From positions 3,232,001 to 3,296,000 of the forward strand of contig OZ220741.1 in the NCBI GenBank assembly GCA_965116885.1: a stretch of DNA of 64,000 bases. The letters are read 5' to 3'. This document shows, piece by piece, positions 40,572 to 51,419 of the stretch; within the stretch, counting starts at the first letter, position 1; every line of letters starts with the position of its first letter. The translations under genes were made by a program, and so were the position numbers. The notes beneath the pieces were generated by a model that made no database searches, was not told where the DNA came from, and saw only the letters and a program-made list of their open reading frames with translations. The stretch comes from Candidatus Latescibacterota bacterium. Its GTDB lineage: Bacteria > Latescibacterota > UBA2968.

Positions 40572-40820
40572 AATGCACTCCGCGATTGCGGGTTGATATA
40601 GCGCGTGATCAGTGATCTCCCATTACTTTTTTATTAGTGATAGAGTTACCCAATTTTGTTTCAAAATGCAAGAGGACATTTTTGTATTGGGTTTTTTTGT
40701 TTAAAACAGAAGCCTGCATCTATTCGTCCGTGAACTGCAGGTATGGATTAGGAGTCTTTGGGAGTGTTGAGCGTGGCGAGGTGTGTGGAGATTGGATGGA
40801 GAATGTATTGGGATAGTCCC

Positions 40821-41276
40821 TTAAAAATACATTTGTTCGACATGCTCGGGTCTGGTTCTTGGAAGTACAACTTCACCAACTGTAAAACCATCTTCGAGGA
40901 GCGTCTCTACTTCGTCAATATCAGAAACTATTTTTACCGCTGTTCCTTCCAGTGCTGGTGTAAGCAACAGAACTTCTCGTCCGTCAATGCCCTGTTCTGT
41001 AAGCAATGCATCGCTATGTGTGCTCACAAATACCTGAGGCCGTCTGCTTCTTTGCATTCTGGAAATAAACGGTGCGAGTTGAGAGACGATACCCGCATTT
41101 AATGACAACTCTGGCTCTTCCAGTAAGAGTACGGAGTCACTTTCGAGAAGGTTAGATTTACCGGACGCATTTGCACCTACGACAAACTGACGCTCGCGCA
41201 ATGGGACATTGAGTTCTCGAAAATTGCGCCAGTTTTTTACAATAAGACGTTTGATCATCATAACAATAACTCCCAT
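40821..41276 (-). pseudogene. AAA_21-type ATPase with a large in-frame internal deletion
   Basis: Walker A (GANASGKSNLL) is followed after a few residues by Walker B (VLLLEEPE) and STH; the helical insert and ABC signature are missing. Confidence 0.75.
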
Positions 41277-41478
41277 GAAAACCTAAATGGCTCATCGCTC
41301 AAGCTCATCCATGGAAACATGATCTTCAACAGTAAAAATAACAGCATTGATAAACTTATTCGAGATGGGTGTGTTGGGCAAGCCATTTTGTAAGTGCGAT
41401 GCGCGGTATCAGATATAGTGTGTTCAATTTTAATAATGGCATATATTCCCTGTAAGCAAATCTGGTAAAGGTGAAAAT

Positions 41479-42699
41479 ATGGACAAACGCGTTCTAAACA
41501 GCCCAGTTGAGACCGCGGACCGCATTGAGAGTTTGGATGTGTTGCGCGGCTTTGCTGTGCTTGGTATCCTGGTCATGAACATCCAGTCATTTGCAATGCC
41601 TGGAGCGGCGTACCTGAACCCGACGGCTTACGGCGATCTCAATGGTATCAACTTTTTTACCTGGCTGATTAGCTACCTGCTCGTTGATCAGAAGTTTATG
41701 TCAATCTTTTCAATGCTCTTTGGTGCCGGCATCTGCCTGTTTGCCGATCGCGCCGAGGCTCGCAGTGGTCGCTCCGCTGGCTTGCACTACCGCCGCACAT
41801 TCTATCTGCTCGTCTTCGGCCTTGTGCATGCCTATTTTTTGTGGTCGGGAGATATATTGGTTGCCTACGCGCTTTGCGGCTCCGTCATCTTTCTTGTTAG
41901 GAATCGTTCGCCGCGGACGCTGGTGGTCATCGGCCTCGTTGTTTTTGCAGTGGCGAGTGTGCTGTCCATTGGAATAGGTCTGACAACAGAATTTATTCCC
42001 GAAAAAGATGTGGCGGATATCACCGCGACGTGGGCACCGGATGCGACCAAAATTGATGCGGAGTTGCTCGCTTATCGCAGCGGATGGTTCGCACAGCAGG
42101 CGCAACGGACCAGCGATACACTGGGAATGCACACGACGGTCCTGCCAATTGAAGTGTTTTGGCAATCCGCAGGTATCATGCTGCTGGGCATGGCCCTCTA
42201 CCGCTGGCACATCCTGAGCGCGGTCCGCAATGACCGATTCTACTGCTGCCTCGTGCTCATCGGGTTCGGTGTGGGCGTGCCGGTTGTTGCTGCTGGAGCC
42301 TGGTGGAATTTTGCGGCCGGATGGAACTGGGAGCATTCGATGTTCCTTGGGTCGCAGTTCAACTATTGGGGTAGCCTCTCTATGGCATTTGGATACGTGG
42401 GCCTTGTGATGTTGGCGGTTCGGCGCGGATGGTTTTCTGTGTTACAGATGCGCCTGGCAGCAGCCGGGCGAATGGCGTTTACCAATTACATCGCACAAAC
42501 GCTAATCTGCACAACTATTTTTTATGGGCATGGATTCGGGCTTTTCGGGCGCGTTGACCGCTGGCAACAGGCCATAGTCGTCATCGCTGTATGGGGCCTC
42601 CAACTCTGGTGGTCGCCGTTGCTGATGAGACGCTTTCGATATGGTCCGTTGGAATGGTGTTGGCGGGCACTGACCTACTGGCGGGTCCCGGGACGATAG
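41479..42699 (+). CDS. DUF418 (YeiB) family membrane protein
   Basis: RIESLDVLRGFAVLGI, GRMAFTNY.Q and GPLEW.WR.LTY motifs. Confidence 0.92.
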   Translation: MDKRVLNSPVETADRIESLDVLRGFAVLGILVMNIQSFAMPGAAYLNPTAYGDLNGINFFTWLISYLLVDQKFMSIFSMLFGAGICLFADRAEARSGRSAGLHYRRTFYLLVFGLVHAYFLWSGDILVAYALCGSVIFLVRNRSPRTLVVIGLVVFAVASVLSIGIGLTTEFIPEKDVADITATWAPDATKIDAELLAYRSGWFAQQAQRTSDTLGMHTTVLPIEVFWQSAGIMLLGMALYRWHILSAVRNDRFYCCLVLIGFGVGVPVVAAGAWWNFAAGWNWEHSMFLGSQFNYWGSLSMAFGYVGLVMLAVRRGWFSVLQMRLAAAGRMAFTNYIAQTLICTTIFYGHGFGLFGRVDRWQQAIVVIAVWGLQLWWSPLLMRRFRYGPLEWCWRALTYWRVPGR

Positions 42700-42735
42700 T
42701 GCGAATTTTGTTTCACACGATTCAAAGGAGATAAC

Positions 42736-43977
42736 ATGGACAAACTCAAACTCGCCTTGATCGGTTGTGGCGGTATGGGGACGCGCCATTTGTATGGGTT
42801 GCGCGAACTCGCGAAGACGCCGTTTAACAATATCGAATTGTGCGCTTTGTGCGATCTCAATCGGGATAACGCGGAATTGGCCGCGAGAGAGACCGAGCAG
42901 TTGCTCGGTTTTAGACCTCCTGTATTTACATCCATAGAAGAGATGGCGCAAGCGATTCCCGATTTGATGGCTGTCGATGTGGTAACAGATCCGTCGGTGC
43001 ATCACACGGTGGTGTGTGAGGCGCTGGACCTGGGATTGCACGTGCTGGTTGAAAAACCCATGGCGATTTCTGTCAAAGCATGCCATGCTATGAATGAGGC
43101 GGCGGAGCGCAACGGACGAAAACTGTCGGTTGCTGAAAATTATCGGCGCGATCCTTCGGCGCGGCTAACGCGCCATTTGTTGGATACCGGGCGGATCGGA
43201 ATGCCTTATATGGCGACTTTTCACGCCCTGCGAGGTGGCAATGAAATTTTTATCACGCCCTGGCGGCATTTGAAAGATCGCGGGGGGCCGTTGATCGATA
43301 TGGGAGTACACTATACGGATCTGATTCGATATCAACTCGGCGATGTGGTCGAGGTATATGGCGATGCGCGTCTGGTAGAGCCGGTTCGAAAAAAACAACA
43401 GTCCATTGGCGATCGGTATGAATTTTATCAGCAGCGGTTTCGCGCGATGCCAGATGAAGTGCCCGCTACGGCAGAAGATACGGCGATGGCGATGATGAAG
43501 ATGGATAGCGGTGTGATGGTGAGTTTTATTGTGGGCATTGGAGGGCACGGCGCCTGTCGCAGTCAGTTGATTTTGGGCGATAAAGGGTGCTTGCAGAGCT
43601 ATGGCAGCCGCGGGAGTCGGGCGATATGGCAGCCGGCAGGTGGCGAGGTGAGAGATCAGAATGCGATTCTAAGTGCTGTTGACGATTTTGAATTGCATCC
43701 TCTTTTAGATCATTTTTTTCCCACCAAAAACAGCGTGGGAGATCAGGCAGTGGATTGGAAATTGATCGCTTATGAACAATACGAACTCGCCTGTGCTGTT
43801 CTGAATAATGATCCGATTGAGGTCGATGGTGTTGAGGGGATGAAGGATGTGGCGGCGATTTATGCGATTTGCGAGTCTGCTCGCGCAGGTCGCACTGTGA
43901 CGGCAGCAGAGATCGAAAGCGGCGAGTTGTATGAATATCAAGCGGAGATCGATGCGGCGTTAAATATCAACTCTTAA
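42736..43977 (+). CDS. Gfo/Idh/MocA family oxidoreductase
   Basis: IGCGGMG, EKPMA and DMGVHYTD motifs. Confidence 0.9.
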   Translation: MDKLKLALIGCGGMGTRHLYGLRELAKTPFNNIELCALCDLNRDNAELAARETEQLLGFRPPVFTSIEEMAQAIPDLMAVDVVTDPSVHHTVVCEALDLGLHVLVEKPMAISVKACHAMNEAAERNGRKLSVAENYRRDPSARLTRHLLDTGRIGMPYMATFHALRGGNEIFITPWRHLKDRGGPLIDMGVHYTDLIRYQLGDVVEVYGDARLVEPVRKKQQSIGDRYEFYQQRFRAMPDEVPATAEDTAMAMMKMDSGVMVSFIVGIGGHGACRSQLILGDKGCLQSYGSRGSRAIWQPAGGEVRDQNAILSAVDDFELHPLLDHFFPTKNSVGDQAVDWKLIAYEQYELACAVLNNDPIEVDGVEGMKDVAAIYAICESARAGRTVTAAEIESGELYEYQAEIDAALNINS

Positions 43978-43978
43978 A

Positions 43979-44356
43979 ATGGAGGAAAGACAGATGGTGA
44001 TTCGCAATTGGCAAGATGCCACGCCCACAGTGGGCCATGAAACGGCGTTGATCTGGTCGATTTTCAGGCAGAAGGGGTCTGCTGGTTTGAGCGAGGAAGA
44101 AGCACCGATGTTGGCGGCGTCGGGATTTACCCTGCATATGATGCAGAGCCGCAAGGCGGGCGATTACCACATGCACGATGACAAAGAACAGATTTATTAT
44201 TTTACGCGCGGTCATGGCAAGATGAAAATCGATGACGAGATTTATCCCGTGGAGCCGGGCGATGCCGTGCATTTACCGCCTTATACCTATCATCAGTTGA
44301 TCAATGACAGCGACGATTGGATTGAACACATCCTGGTGACTGTGCCGGTGGGTTAA
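43979..44356 (+). CDS. Cupin domain protein
   Basis: HMH...EQIYY..G.G and PGDAVHLPP..YHQ motifs. Confidence 0.88.
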   Translation: MEERQMVIRNWQDATPTVGHETALIWSIFRQKGSAGLSEEEAPMLAASGFTLHMMQSRKAGDYHMHDDKEQIYYFTRGHGKMKIDDEIYPVEPGDAVHLPPYTYHQLINDSDDWIEHILVTVPVG

Positions 44357-45375
44357 GGACACAGGACGTATTTTAATCCCTCTTGTCGCTCTGCGCCATC
44401 AAATGCCTGTTCCCAATTCTCGAGTGGCAGCCTGTGGGATATGTATGCCGAGGGATCTATTGTTTTGGAGATGACCATTTCGAGGGCGCGCTGCCAACTG
44501 GGCCAGTTCTGGGCAATCGAACTGTTCACGGAAAGCTGTTTGTAGATGATTTTGCCCCAGTTCACTTCAACGGGATGTTCGATTAGAGCCACCTGTGTGA
44601 ATGTGCCGAGGGGACGCACGGCGTCGAGGCATTGATCGATGGCGGCGGCAGCACCGGCACATTCGATGACAATATCGGCACCGTTGCTGTTGAGCGATCG
44701 GACAAATTCAGATATATTTTCGCGCGTGACATCCACGGTGTGTTCTGCGCTTTTAGCCATAGCGAGGCGATGGGCGTCGCGGTCTGTTCCGCAGACAATA
44801 ACGCGTCCGCCTGCGAGTCTCGCGAGGTCGGCACACATCAGGCCAATGGGACCGGGACCAGAAACGAGTACCAGGTCGCCGGGTACAATTTTTGTGTAAA
44901 AAAGAACGGCTTTGATGCAGCAGGCGAGGGGTTCAACAAGCGCGGCGGTGTCATAGGAGACGGATTCGGGAAGCGGAAAGGCGAGGTTTTGGGGGATGAC
45001 GCAGTATTCGGCAAATCCGCCGTCGCGCATGCTGCCAACGGATTTGCGCTGGGGACAGAAGAAAAATTCGCTGGCTCGACAATAGCGACAGTGCCCACAC
45101 GCGCCATTCGCTGTGGGAAGGACCGTGACGCGGTCGCCTGTTTTGATGCGGGTGACATTGGTGCCGACTTTGACAACCTTACCTGAGAGTTCATGGCAAA
45201 GCGTGACAGGTGGGCGAATGCCATAGCCGCCGTGGCGGATGTGGAGATCGGTGCCGCAGAGTCCGCCGCGCTGAACGGCGATTTTGATGTCGTCGGGGTG
45301 TTCGATATCCGGTTCTGGTATGTTGCATAAGGCGATATGACCAGGACCGGGTTTTAGTTTGCGTACAGCGCGCAT
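44353..45375 (-). CDS. Zinc-binding (MDR) alcohol/sorbitol dehydrogenase family protein
   Basis: CGTDLH, HE, CGHCRYC, EPLAC and GPGPIG motifs. Confidence 0.92.
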   Translation of the reverse strand: MRAVRKLKPGPGHIALCNIPEPDIEHPDDIKIAVQRGGLCGTDLHIRHGGYGIRPPVTLCHELSGKVVKVGTNVTRIKTGDRVTVLPTANGACGHCRYCRASEFFFCPQRKSVGSMRDGGFAEYCVIPQNLAFPLPESVSYDTAALVEPLACCIKAVLFYTKIVPGDLVLVSGPGPIGLMCADLARLAGGRVIVCGTDRDAHRLAMAKSAEHTVDVTRENISEFVRSLNSNGADIVIECAGAAAAIDQCLDAVRPLGTFTQVALIEHPVEVNWGKIIYKQLSVNSSIAQNWPSWQRALEMVISKTIDPSAYISHRLPLENWEQAFDGAERQEGLKYVLCP

Positions 45376-45530
45376 GGTATTTTGGTCGGTTCGAGGGATA
45401 TGTATTTGGGGTCGTGTACTTTGCTATTATGCACAATCTTCACATGATAGGCAATCACTGTTTGTTTTGCCCTATAGCTTGTGCAATACGTATCATTCGA
45501 CGTGCTGTTTTGTCCGCAAGAAGGTGAGCG

Positions 45531-47594
45531 ATGATCCGGAATATTCTGCATATAGGAATGGGCGTGGGGGCGGTCTTTTTGGGGCTGGTCGCCCTGGTGG
45601 AGTTACTGGGATATGTGACCTGGTACCTGATGCCCCGAGATGCGGAGTCTATGCAACAGGCGTCCGAGTTTGAGGCGATTATGGGCAGGCTGGTGCAAAG
45701 TCCCACAGAGGGAGCTATACAGGTTGTGGTGCCAGACCGACATCCGAAGACCGCAAAAGCCGTACACCAGGTTATGGAATGGCCGGAAAGAAGGGGACGG
45801 CAGTTTCGGGAAGCTCCTATGCTTCAAAAGAGGGTGGTGGGTAAGTTGCCGCCGGTTGAGGAACGGCTGCCGGAAAATCCATTGGTGATCGTGCCGCCCC
45901 ATCAGAATGGTCCTTATGGAGGTACCTGGACACGGTTTGCAACGGGACCGAGAGATATAGGTATTGTAGAGGCGCGATTCGCCTATGAAGGGTTGGTGAG
46001 ATGGGATCCGATGGGGCAAAAAATTCTTCCCAATCTGGCAACGCACTGGGAGATATCCGATGGGGGACGGACGTACACGTTCTGGTTGCGAAAGGGGGTG
46101 CGCTGGTCAGATGGACATCCCTTTACGGTAGAGGATATTTTCTTCTGGCATGAAAATGTGTTGCGTAACGAGGAGTTGACACCGGTGGTGGCGCGGGATT
46201 TTCAACGGGGAGGCGAGGTGATGGCGATAGAAAAAGTCGATGCGTACACCGTGCGTTTTCGCTTCAAGCGACCCAATGGTCTTTTCCTGAAATTGCTGGC
46301 GTGGGGGCGCGGATACGAAATGTTGCGGTATCCGGCGCATTATATGGCGCAGTTTCATCCGCGATATGTGCCGCTGGAGAAATTGGAAGCGATGGCCCGG
46401 GAGCACGGTTTTGATTTCTGGCACCAGCTTTTTCAAGACAAGCGGGACTGGCGGAACCCGGATATTCCCAGGCTGTGGCCGTGGGTTGTCGTGGCGCCGC
46501 CACCGGCCCGTCCTTCTGTGTTCGAGCGAAATCCCTATTATTGGAAGGTGGATCCAGAGGGGAACCAGCTTCCCTATATTGATCGTATGACCTTTGAGAT
46601 TTATGACCGCGAGACGATCAATCTCAAAGCGATTAATGGGGAGATCGGGATGCAGGGGCGGCACATTTTGATCGACAATTATTCCTTATTTATGGAGAAT
46701 CAGTCGCGCGGAGGGTACCGGGTGCTGCACTGGATTACCGGGGGGACCGGCGGAGAGAGCGTTGCGCTGAATTTGAACCACAAGGATCCGGTGATGCGCG
46801 AAATTATATGGGATCGTCGGTTCCGCATCGCGCTGTCACACGCGATTGATCGGGAGGCGATTAACGAGATCGGTGGGTTTGGTATCGGTCAGCCGAGGCA
46901 ACCGGCGCCTTTGCAAACATCGGTGCATTATTCAGAGGCATTTGAAAAAGCATATATCGAATATGAGCCGGATAGGGCCAACGCGCTTTTGGACGAGATG
47001 GGATTGGTGGAGAAAGACCCGTCCGGCATGCGACTGCGTCCGGATGGCGAGCCGATCAGGGTGGCAATTGAAACGATGTCGATCAACAACCGGGTGCTGG
47101 AATTGGTGGCGAATTATTGGACGGCGGTGGGGGTGAAGACGGAGATCAAAGAGGAAGCCCGACAGCTTTATTACGAGCGAAGAAAGGCGTTGATACACGA
47201 TGCGGCTACTGCGGGGGGTGAGGTTCAGAACCCACTTTTGGAGCCGCGCCTGTTTGTCCCCTATAATGTGGGATCGAGCCATGCGATTGGGTTCACGCAT
47301 TGGCTTTTGACCAATGGAAAACGAGGGGAGACGCCCACGGGAGATATGCGGCGCTGCATTGAACTGTTCTGGCAGATTGAGGAGACGCCGGACGAGGCCG
47401 AACAAATTCGGCTGTTTGGAGAGATTATAGAACTGAACCGGAAAAATCTCTGGGTGATTGGAACAATCGGGAGTATGCCTTCGATTATGCTGGTACACAA
47501 TACATTTCGGAACGTGCCGGAGGTCGCCATGGCATCGTGGTCTGTTCGCACGCCTGCGAATACAGCGGTTGAGTGTTATGCGATTGAGCCATAA
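45531..47594 (+). CDS. ABC transporter substrate-binding protein, family 5
   Basis: EAPML...LPPVEERLP, PNLA..W, LRKGVRWSDGHPFT and RNPYYWKVD.EGNQLPYID; N-terminal TM helix. Confidence 0.9.
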   Translation: MIRNILHIGMGVGAVFLGLVALVELLGYVTWYLMPRDAESMQQASEFEAIMGRLVQSPTEGAIQVVVPDRHPKTAKAVHQVMEWPERRGRQFREAPMLQKRVVGKLPPVEERLPENPLVIVPPHQNGPYGGTWTRFATGPRDIGIVEARFAYEGLVRWDPMGQKILPNLATHWEISDGGRTYTFWLRKGVRWSDGHPFTVEDIFFWHENVLRNEELTPVVARDFQRGGEVMAIEKVDAYTVRFRFKRPNGLFLKLLAWGRGYEMLRYPAHYMAQFHPRYVPLEKLEAMAREHGFDFWHQLFQDKRDWRNPDIPRLWPWVVVAPPPARPSVFERNPYYWKVDPEGNQLPYIDRMTFEIYDRETINLKAINGEIGMQGRHILIDNYSLFMENQSRGGYRVLHWITGGTGGESVALNLNHKDPVMREIIWDRRFRIALSHAIDREAINEIGGFGIGQPRQPAPLQTSVHYSEAFEKAYIEYEPDRANALLDEMGLVEKDPSGMRLRPDGEPIRVAIETMSINNRVLELVANYWTAVGVKTEIKEEARQLYYERRKALIHDAATAGGEVQNPLLEPRLFVPYNVGSSHAIGFTHWLLTNGKRGETPTGDMRRCIELFWQIEETPDEAEQIRLFGEIIELNRKNLWVIGTIGSMPSIMLVHNTFRNVPEVAMASWSVRTPANTAVECYAIEP

Positions 47595-47610
47595 CCCGTA
47601 CAGGTGATGA

Positions 47611-49383
47611 TTACTCGTTCAATGCCGAGAATTGGGCGATTTGTTCAACCTTGCCATCGACAATGCCCATGTACCCAATTAGCATTTCGTCAAAACTCTG
47701 CTCACCCCAGCGAACCGTTGCAGATGGGTCGGGATTGAGTTTGTTTTTTGCCGAGTTGTCAAAGACGGCATGGCTGACTATGCGCGTTCCAGCGGGCAGG
47801 TATTTGGGGGTTGATAGGGCGTAGAATCGCTGCCAGTTGAATGTGTAATTTGGCACAGAGAGCAGGGCTTCGCGGGTTCCATCGGGATAATGTGCCACAT
47901 AGCGGAAGCCCGCGCCCCGGAAGTGCATGTGGGGGAAGAAGGTGTAGAGGGTGACGTCTTGTTCAAAGATTTTTATGGATGAATCGCGATAGGCACTCGC
48001 ATGCGGTGGGATTTTAATTTGGGTATTGGCGGGACCGACTACGCGGTGTTCGCGCAGGTTTTGTGCGTCGGTGAAATACAGTCCCAGTTTGCTTTCATCC
48101 ACTTCGGGTCGTCCAGTGGTCGTGTAGTGGAGTTGAAACTGGATTTTGCTCCCTTTGGGGAGTAGTTTTGCCGTGCCTTTGGGCAGCATGACACCGTCCA
48201 TGCCCGGTACATAAGAGGCAAAGATGCCGTCTAACCAGCGGTTCTTTTTGATGGTTTTCATTTTGTGCCCTTTGGGATAGATCAGGTGCGCCAGTGCGTG
48301 GTGCATGGCCGCGCGATTTCCCGGCAGAAATTCGGTGCCCCGCAATTGCACATCGCGGTCTATGGGCACTGTAATTTTGAGATAGCGATAATCGACAATG
48401 CCGGTTGCGGGGATTTCCTGCCGTTCCAGTGCGATGACGAGGTCGGGTTCACCATAAGCCCAGGTTGTGGCGTGTGTCGGGTTGTCGGATAGGGGATCTG
48501 GCCCATCGCCGCGGGGCGATCCAGCTTCGATCCAGTGGACGAGGGTTTGTTCTTCTTGTTGTGTGAGAGACATGTCGTTGTTGAATGTGCCTATGTGTGG
48601 GTCTGCATGCCAGGGGGGCATGCGGCGGGTGCGCACGACTTCGCGCATCATTGGAGACCAGCCAGCGACTTCTTTGTAGTCGGTCATGTCAAAGGGTGCT
48701 ATGCCGCCGGTTTGGTGACAGGTGACGCATTTGTTTTGCAAAATGGGCGCGATCTGATTGGCATAAGAGATCTGTTTGTGTTGTGCGCGGTCTTTGCCCG
48801 GCAGGGCAATCAGGCAACCGGGTGATGCAACGGCTTTGACGGCGACTTCCTCGGCTTTGAGGTGGGCGAGGAGTGCATCGGCGAGATAATGGTTGGATGC
48901 ACTGGGTTTTTGCGCTTCGTAATTCAGACGATCGTCGATGGGTCCCCGGTAGAGGATGTGCCATGTTTTGGGATCGATGACAAGTGCCTCAGCCGTGCGG
49001 TGCAGGTCGAGTGATTCGGCGACGAGTTGTGTTTCGTCAATGAGGATGGGATAGTCGATGGAGAAGGCGACGGCTTCTTCGCGTACGTTTTCGCGGTCGT
49101 CTTGCAAATTGGCATTGAGCATTAAAAATTGCACGCCTTTGGGCGCGTATTCATCGCGTATTGCATTGAGGCTATGTACCGCATTGCGCACAATAGGGCA
49201 ACCATTGCCCTGGACGAATAAGACGATGGCAGATGCGTCTGAGTGTTCATGGAGGGTGTGGAATTCGCCGTTCTGGTCATAAAGGCCAAAATCATCAACG
49301 ACAATATCTACGGATTGTGGTGTTTCGGGAATGGCAGAACAGCCAATGAAGAGACAGGAGAGGATGTACAATAGATGTTTCAT
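47611..49383 (-). CDS. Lipoprotein fusing redoxin, c-type cytochrome and PHM/PNGase-F-like copper monooxygenase domains
   Basis: Lipobox FIGC; GCP and YRGPIDD redoxin; CVTCH heme; MPPW; HH, LHY, HMH and EM copper-ligand pattern. Confidence 0.8.
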   Translation of the reverse strand: MKHLLYILSCLFIGCSAIPETPQSVDIVVDDFGLYDQNGEFHTLHEHSDASAIVLFVQGNGCPIVRNAVHSLNAIRDEYAPKGVQFLMLNANLQDDRENVREEAVAFSIDYPILIDETQLVAESLDLHRTAEALVIDPKTWHILYRGPIDDRLNYEAQKPSASNHYLADALLAHLKAEEVAVKAVASPGCLIALPGKDRAQHKQISYANQIAPILQNKCVTCHQTGGIAPFDMTDYKEVAGWSPMMREVVRTRRMPPWHADPHIGTFNNDMSLTQQEEQTLVHWIEAGSPRGDGPDPLSDNPTHATTWAYGEPDLVIALERQEIPATGIVDYRYLKITVPIDRDVQLRGTEFLPGNRAAMHHALAHLIYPKGHKMKTIKKNRWLDGIFASYVPGMDGVMLPKGTAKLLPKGSKIQFQLHYTTTGRPEVDESKLGLYFTDAQNLREHRVVGPANTQIKIPPHASAYRDSSIKIFEQDVTLYTFFPHMHFRGAGFRYVAHYPDGTREALLSVPNYTFNWQRFYALSTPKYLPAGTRIVSHAVFDNSAKNKLNPDPSATVRWGEQSFDEMLIGYMGIVDGKVEQIAQFSALNE

Positions 49384-49404
49384 CAGGGGATATCCTTACA
49401 AGAG

Positions 49405-50307
49405 TTAAAATTCTCTGCTTCGCAACAATTCCAGCACGCGCTCGAGGTCGTCATTGCTGTAAAATTCGATTTCGATTTTGCCCCGAGAGCCTCTGCGGTT
49501 GATATTGACTGCTGTGCCAAAATAACGCTGGAGGTCTTCTTCGAGAAATAGCAGGTTGGGATCTTTGGGCGGCGTGGATTTTTTTTCTGTGGTGCCTTCT
49601 TTGAGTGCTTTGACGAGGGCTTCTGTGCGGCGAACCGATAATTCCTGTGCAATAATCTGCTGGCATAAGGCAATTTGTTGATCCGCGTTGTCAAGGCCCA
49701 GCAGTGTGCGGGCGTGACCTGCGGATATTTGTCCGGCTTGCAGGGCGTCGAGTACTTCGGGTGCCAATGCGAGGAGGCGCAAGGTGTTGGCAATGGTGGA
49801 GCGGTCTTTGCCCACATGCTCGGCAACCTCCTCTTGTGTGAGAAAACACTCGTCTATGAGCATGCGATAGGCTTTGGCTTCTTCTATGGGGTTGAGATTT
49901 TCCCGTTGAATATTTTCAATTAGCGAGAGTTCCACCATTTCCTGGTCTGTTCCCACGTCCATAACAATTGCAGGTACGACCGCGAGTTCGGCCTGGCGTG
50001 CGGCGCGAAAACGGCGTTCGCCAGCGATCAGTTGATAGCCCGATCCAAAGCTACGCACGGAAATGGGTTGTATGATGCCTTTTTCGCGGATTGATTGCGC
50101 CAATTCGCTCACGGCTTTGGGATCGAATTCTGCGCGCGGCTGGTGGGGGTTGGGTTCTATATCCTCAATGGGTATTTCGATGATTTGCCGTTGGGTCTGT
50201 CCTGTGGGCGATGGAGCAGTTTCCGATGTGATTTTTTTGGCAGAGGTTTCATCGGCACCGGGAATCAGGGCACCCAATCCCTTGCCGAGGGCGTTGCGTT
50301 TAGCCAT
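49405..50307 (-). CDS. parB: Chromosome partitioning protein ParB/Spo0J
   Basis: [40 protein letters not shown] and GHAR motifs. Confidence 0.97.
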   Translation of the reverse strand: MAKRNALGKGLGALIPGADETSAKKITSETAPSPTGQTQRQIIEIPIEDIEPNPHQPRAEFDPKAVSELAQSIREKGIIQPISVRSFGSGYQLIAGERRFRAARQAELAVVPAIVMDVGTDQEMVELSLIENIQRENLNPIEEAKAYRMLIDECFLTQEEVAEHVGKDRSTIANTLRLLALAPEVLDALQAGQISAGHARTLLGLDNADQQIALCQQIIAQELSVRRTEALVKALKEGTTEKKSTPPKDPNLLFLEEDLQRYFGTAVNINRRGSRGKIEIEFYSNDDLERVLELLRSREF

Positions 50308-51061
50308 TGATGACCTCCCCGGCTAAGTTCATGTAATTCTGCGCGCCGGTAGATATAATATCGTAGAGGATGATTGGTTTGCCAAAACTGGGCGCTTCGC
50401 CAAGTTTGACGTTGCGGCTGATAATCGTATTATAGACGCGGTCGCCAAAATGCGATTTGGTTTCTTCGGCAACCTGCCGCGCCAGATTGAGACGTCCGTC
50501 GTACATTGTGAGTAGTACGCCTTCAATAGTGAGGTGGGGATTGAGATGTTGTTGCACGAGGTGCAGGGTGTTGAGCAATTTGCTCAGGCCCTCGAGCGCG
50601 TAGAATTCGCATTGTATGGGAATGAGTACAGAGTCGGCTGCCGTCAGCGCGTTGAGTGTGAGCAATCCCAGTGCAGGGGGGCAGTCGATGATGATGAAGT
50701 CATAGGTTTCGCGCGCTTGCAAAAGGGCATTTTTGAGGCGTTGTTCGCGCGATGTGACGGAGACCATTTCCACTTCGGCGCCGGTGAGGCGAATGTGAGA
50801 GGGCGCAATGCTGAGAAAGGGCAAGGCGCTTTCGTGGATGACTTCCATTAAGGGCAAGTTTTCGAGAAGCACTTCGTACACACAGGGCGTTTGTTCATCT
50901 ACCTCAATGCCACATCCGCTGGACGCGTTGGCCTGTGGGTCTATGTCGAGCAGCAGGGTTTTCTTTTCGGCAGTAGCCAGACACGCAGATAGGTTGACTG
51001 CGGTGGTGGTTTTGCCCACGCCGCCTTTTTGATTGGCTATGGCAATGACCCGTGCAGACAT
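50300..51061 (-). CDS. parA: Chromosome partitioning ATPase ParA/Soj
   Basis: [30 protein letters not shown] and EAPSFGKP motifs. Confidence 0.97.
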   Translation of the reverse strand: MSARVIAIANQKGGVGKTTTAVNLSACLATAEKKTLLLDIDPQANASSGCGIEVDEQTPCVYEVLLENLPLMEVIHESALPFLSIAPSHIRLTGAEVEMVSVTSREQRLKNALLQARETYDFIIIDCPPALGLLTLNALTAADSVLIPIQCEFYALEGLSKLLNTLHLVQQHLNPHLTIEGVLLTMYDGRLNLARQVAEETKSHFGDRVYNTIISRNVKLGEAPSFGKPIILYDIISTGAQNYMNLAGEVING

Positions 51062-51310
51062 CTGAAACCCCGTAAATTCAAGTATAACAGAGATATTCAA
51101 GCCTTCGAAATATAGGGTAAGGAAAAGAGAAAATCAAGCGCGGGTGTTTGTCGCTACTTCGCGCTGTGGGGTGGAAAGGCGAGGATTATGGTGCTTTTTG
51201 TAATGACTTTTCAGAATACTGCGTCTAAGCCGAGACTTTGGAGTCAAATTTTAAGGTATAAAAGAAGCGGTTTTAGACAGGTGGGATTTGGAGAAATTTG
51301 GAAAATTGGG

Positions 51311-51338
51311 TTGACAACAGATAGATATTATCTACGTT
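51311..51338 (+). promoter_or_regulatory. Putative sigma70 promoter with a palindromic operator in the spacer
   Basis: TTGACA-16 nt-TACGTT, with TAGATA-T-TATCTA at 51322-51334. Confidence 0.5.
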
Positions 51339-51419
51339 ATTAAAAATAATCACACTGAGAGGGAGGGGCGCGTTACAGAAAGATGATAAAATTTTAGCGA
51401 CCACAACGAGGAGAGTCAC

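Noticed and set aside
51062..51419. oriC or parS next to parAB
   Set aside because: No DnaA-box cluster or GTTTCACGTGAAAC-like palindrome seen by eye; a computational scan is needed for certainty.
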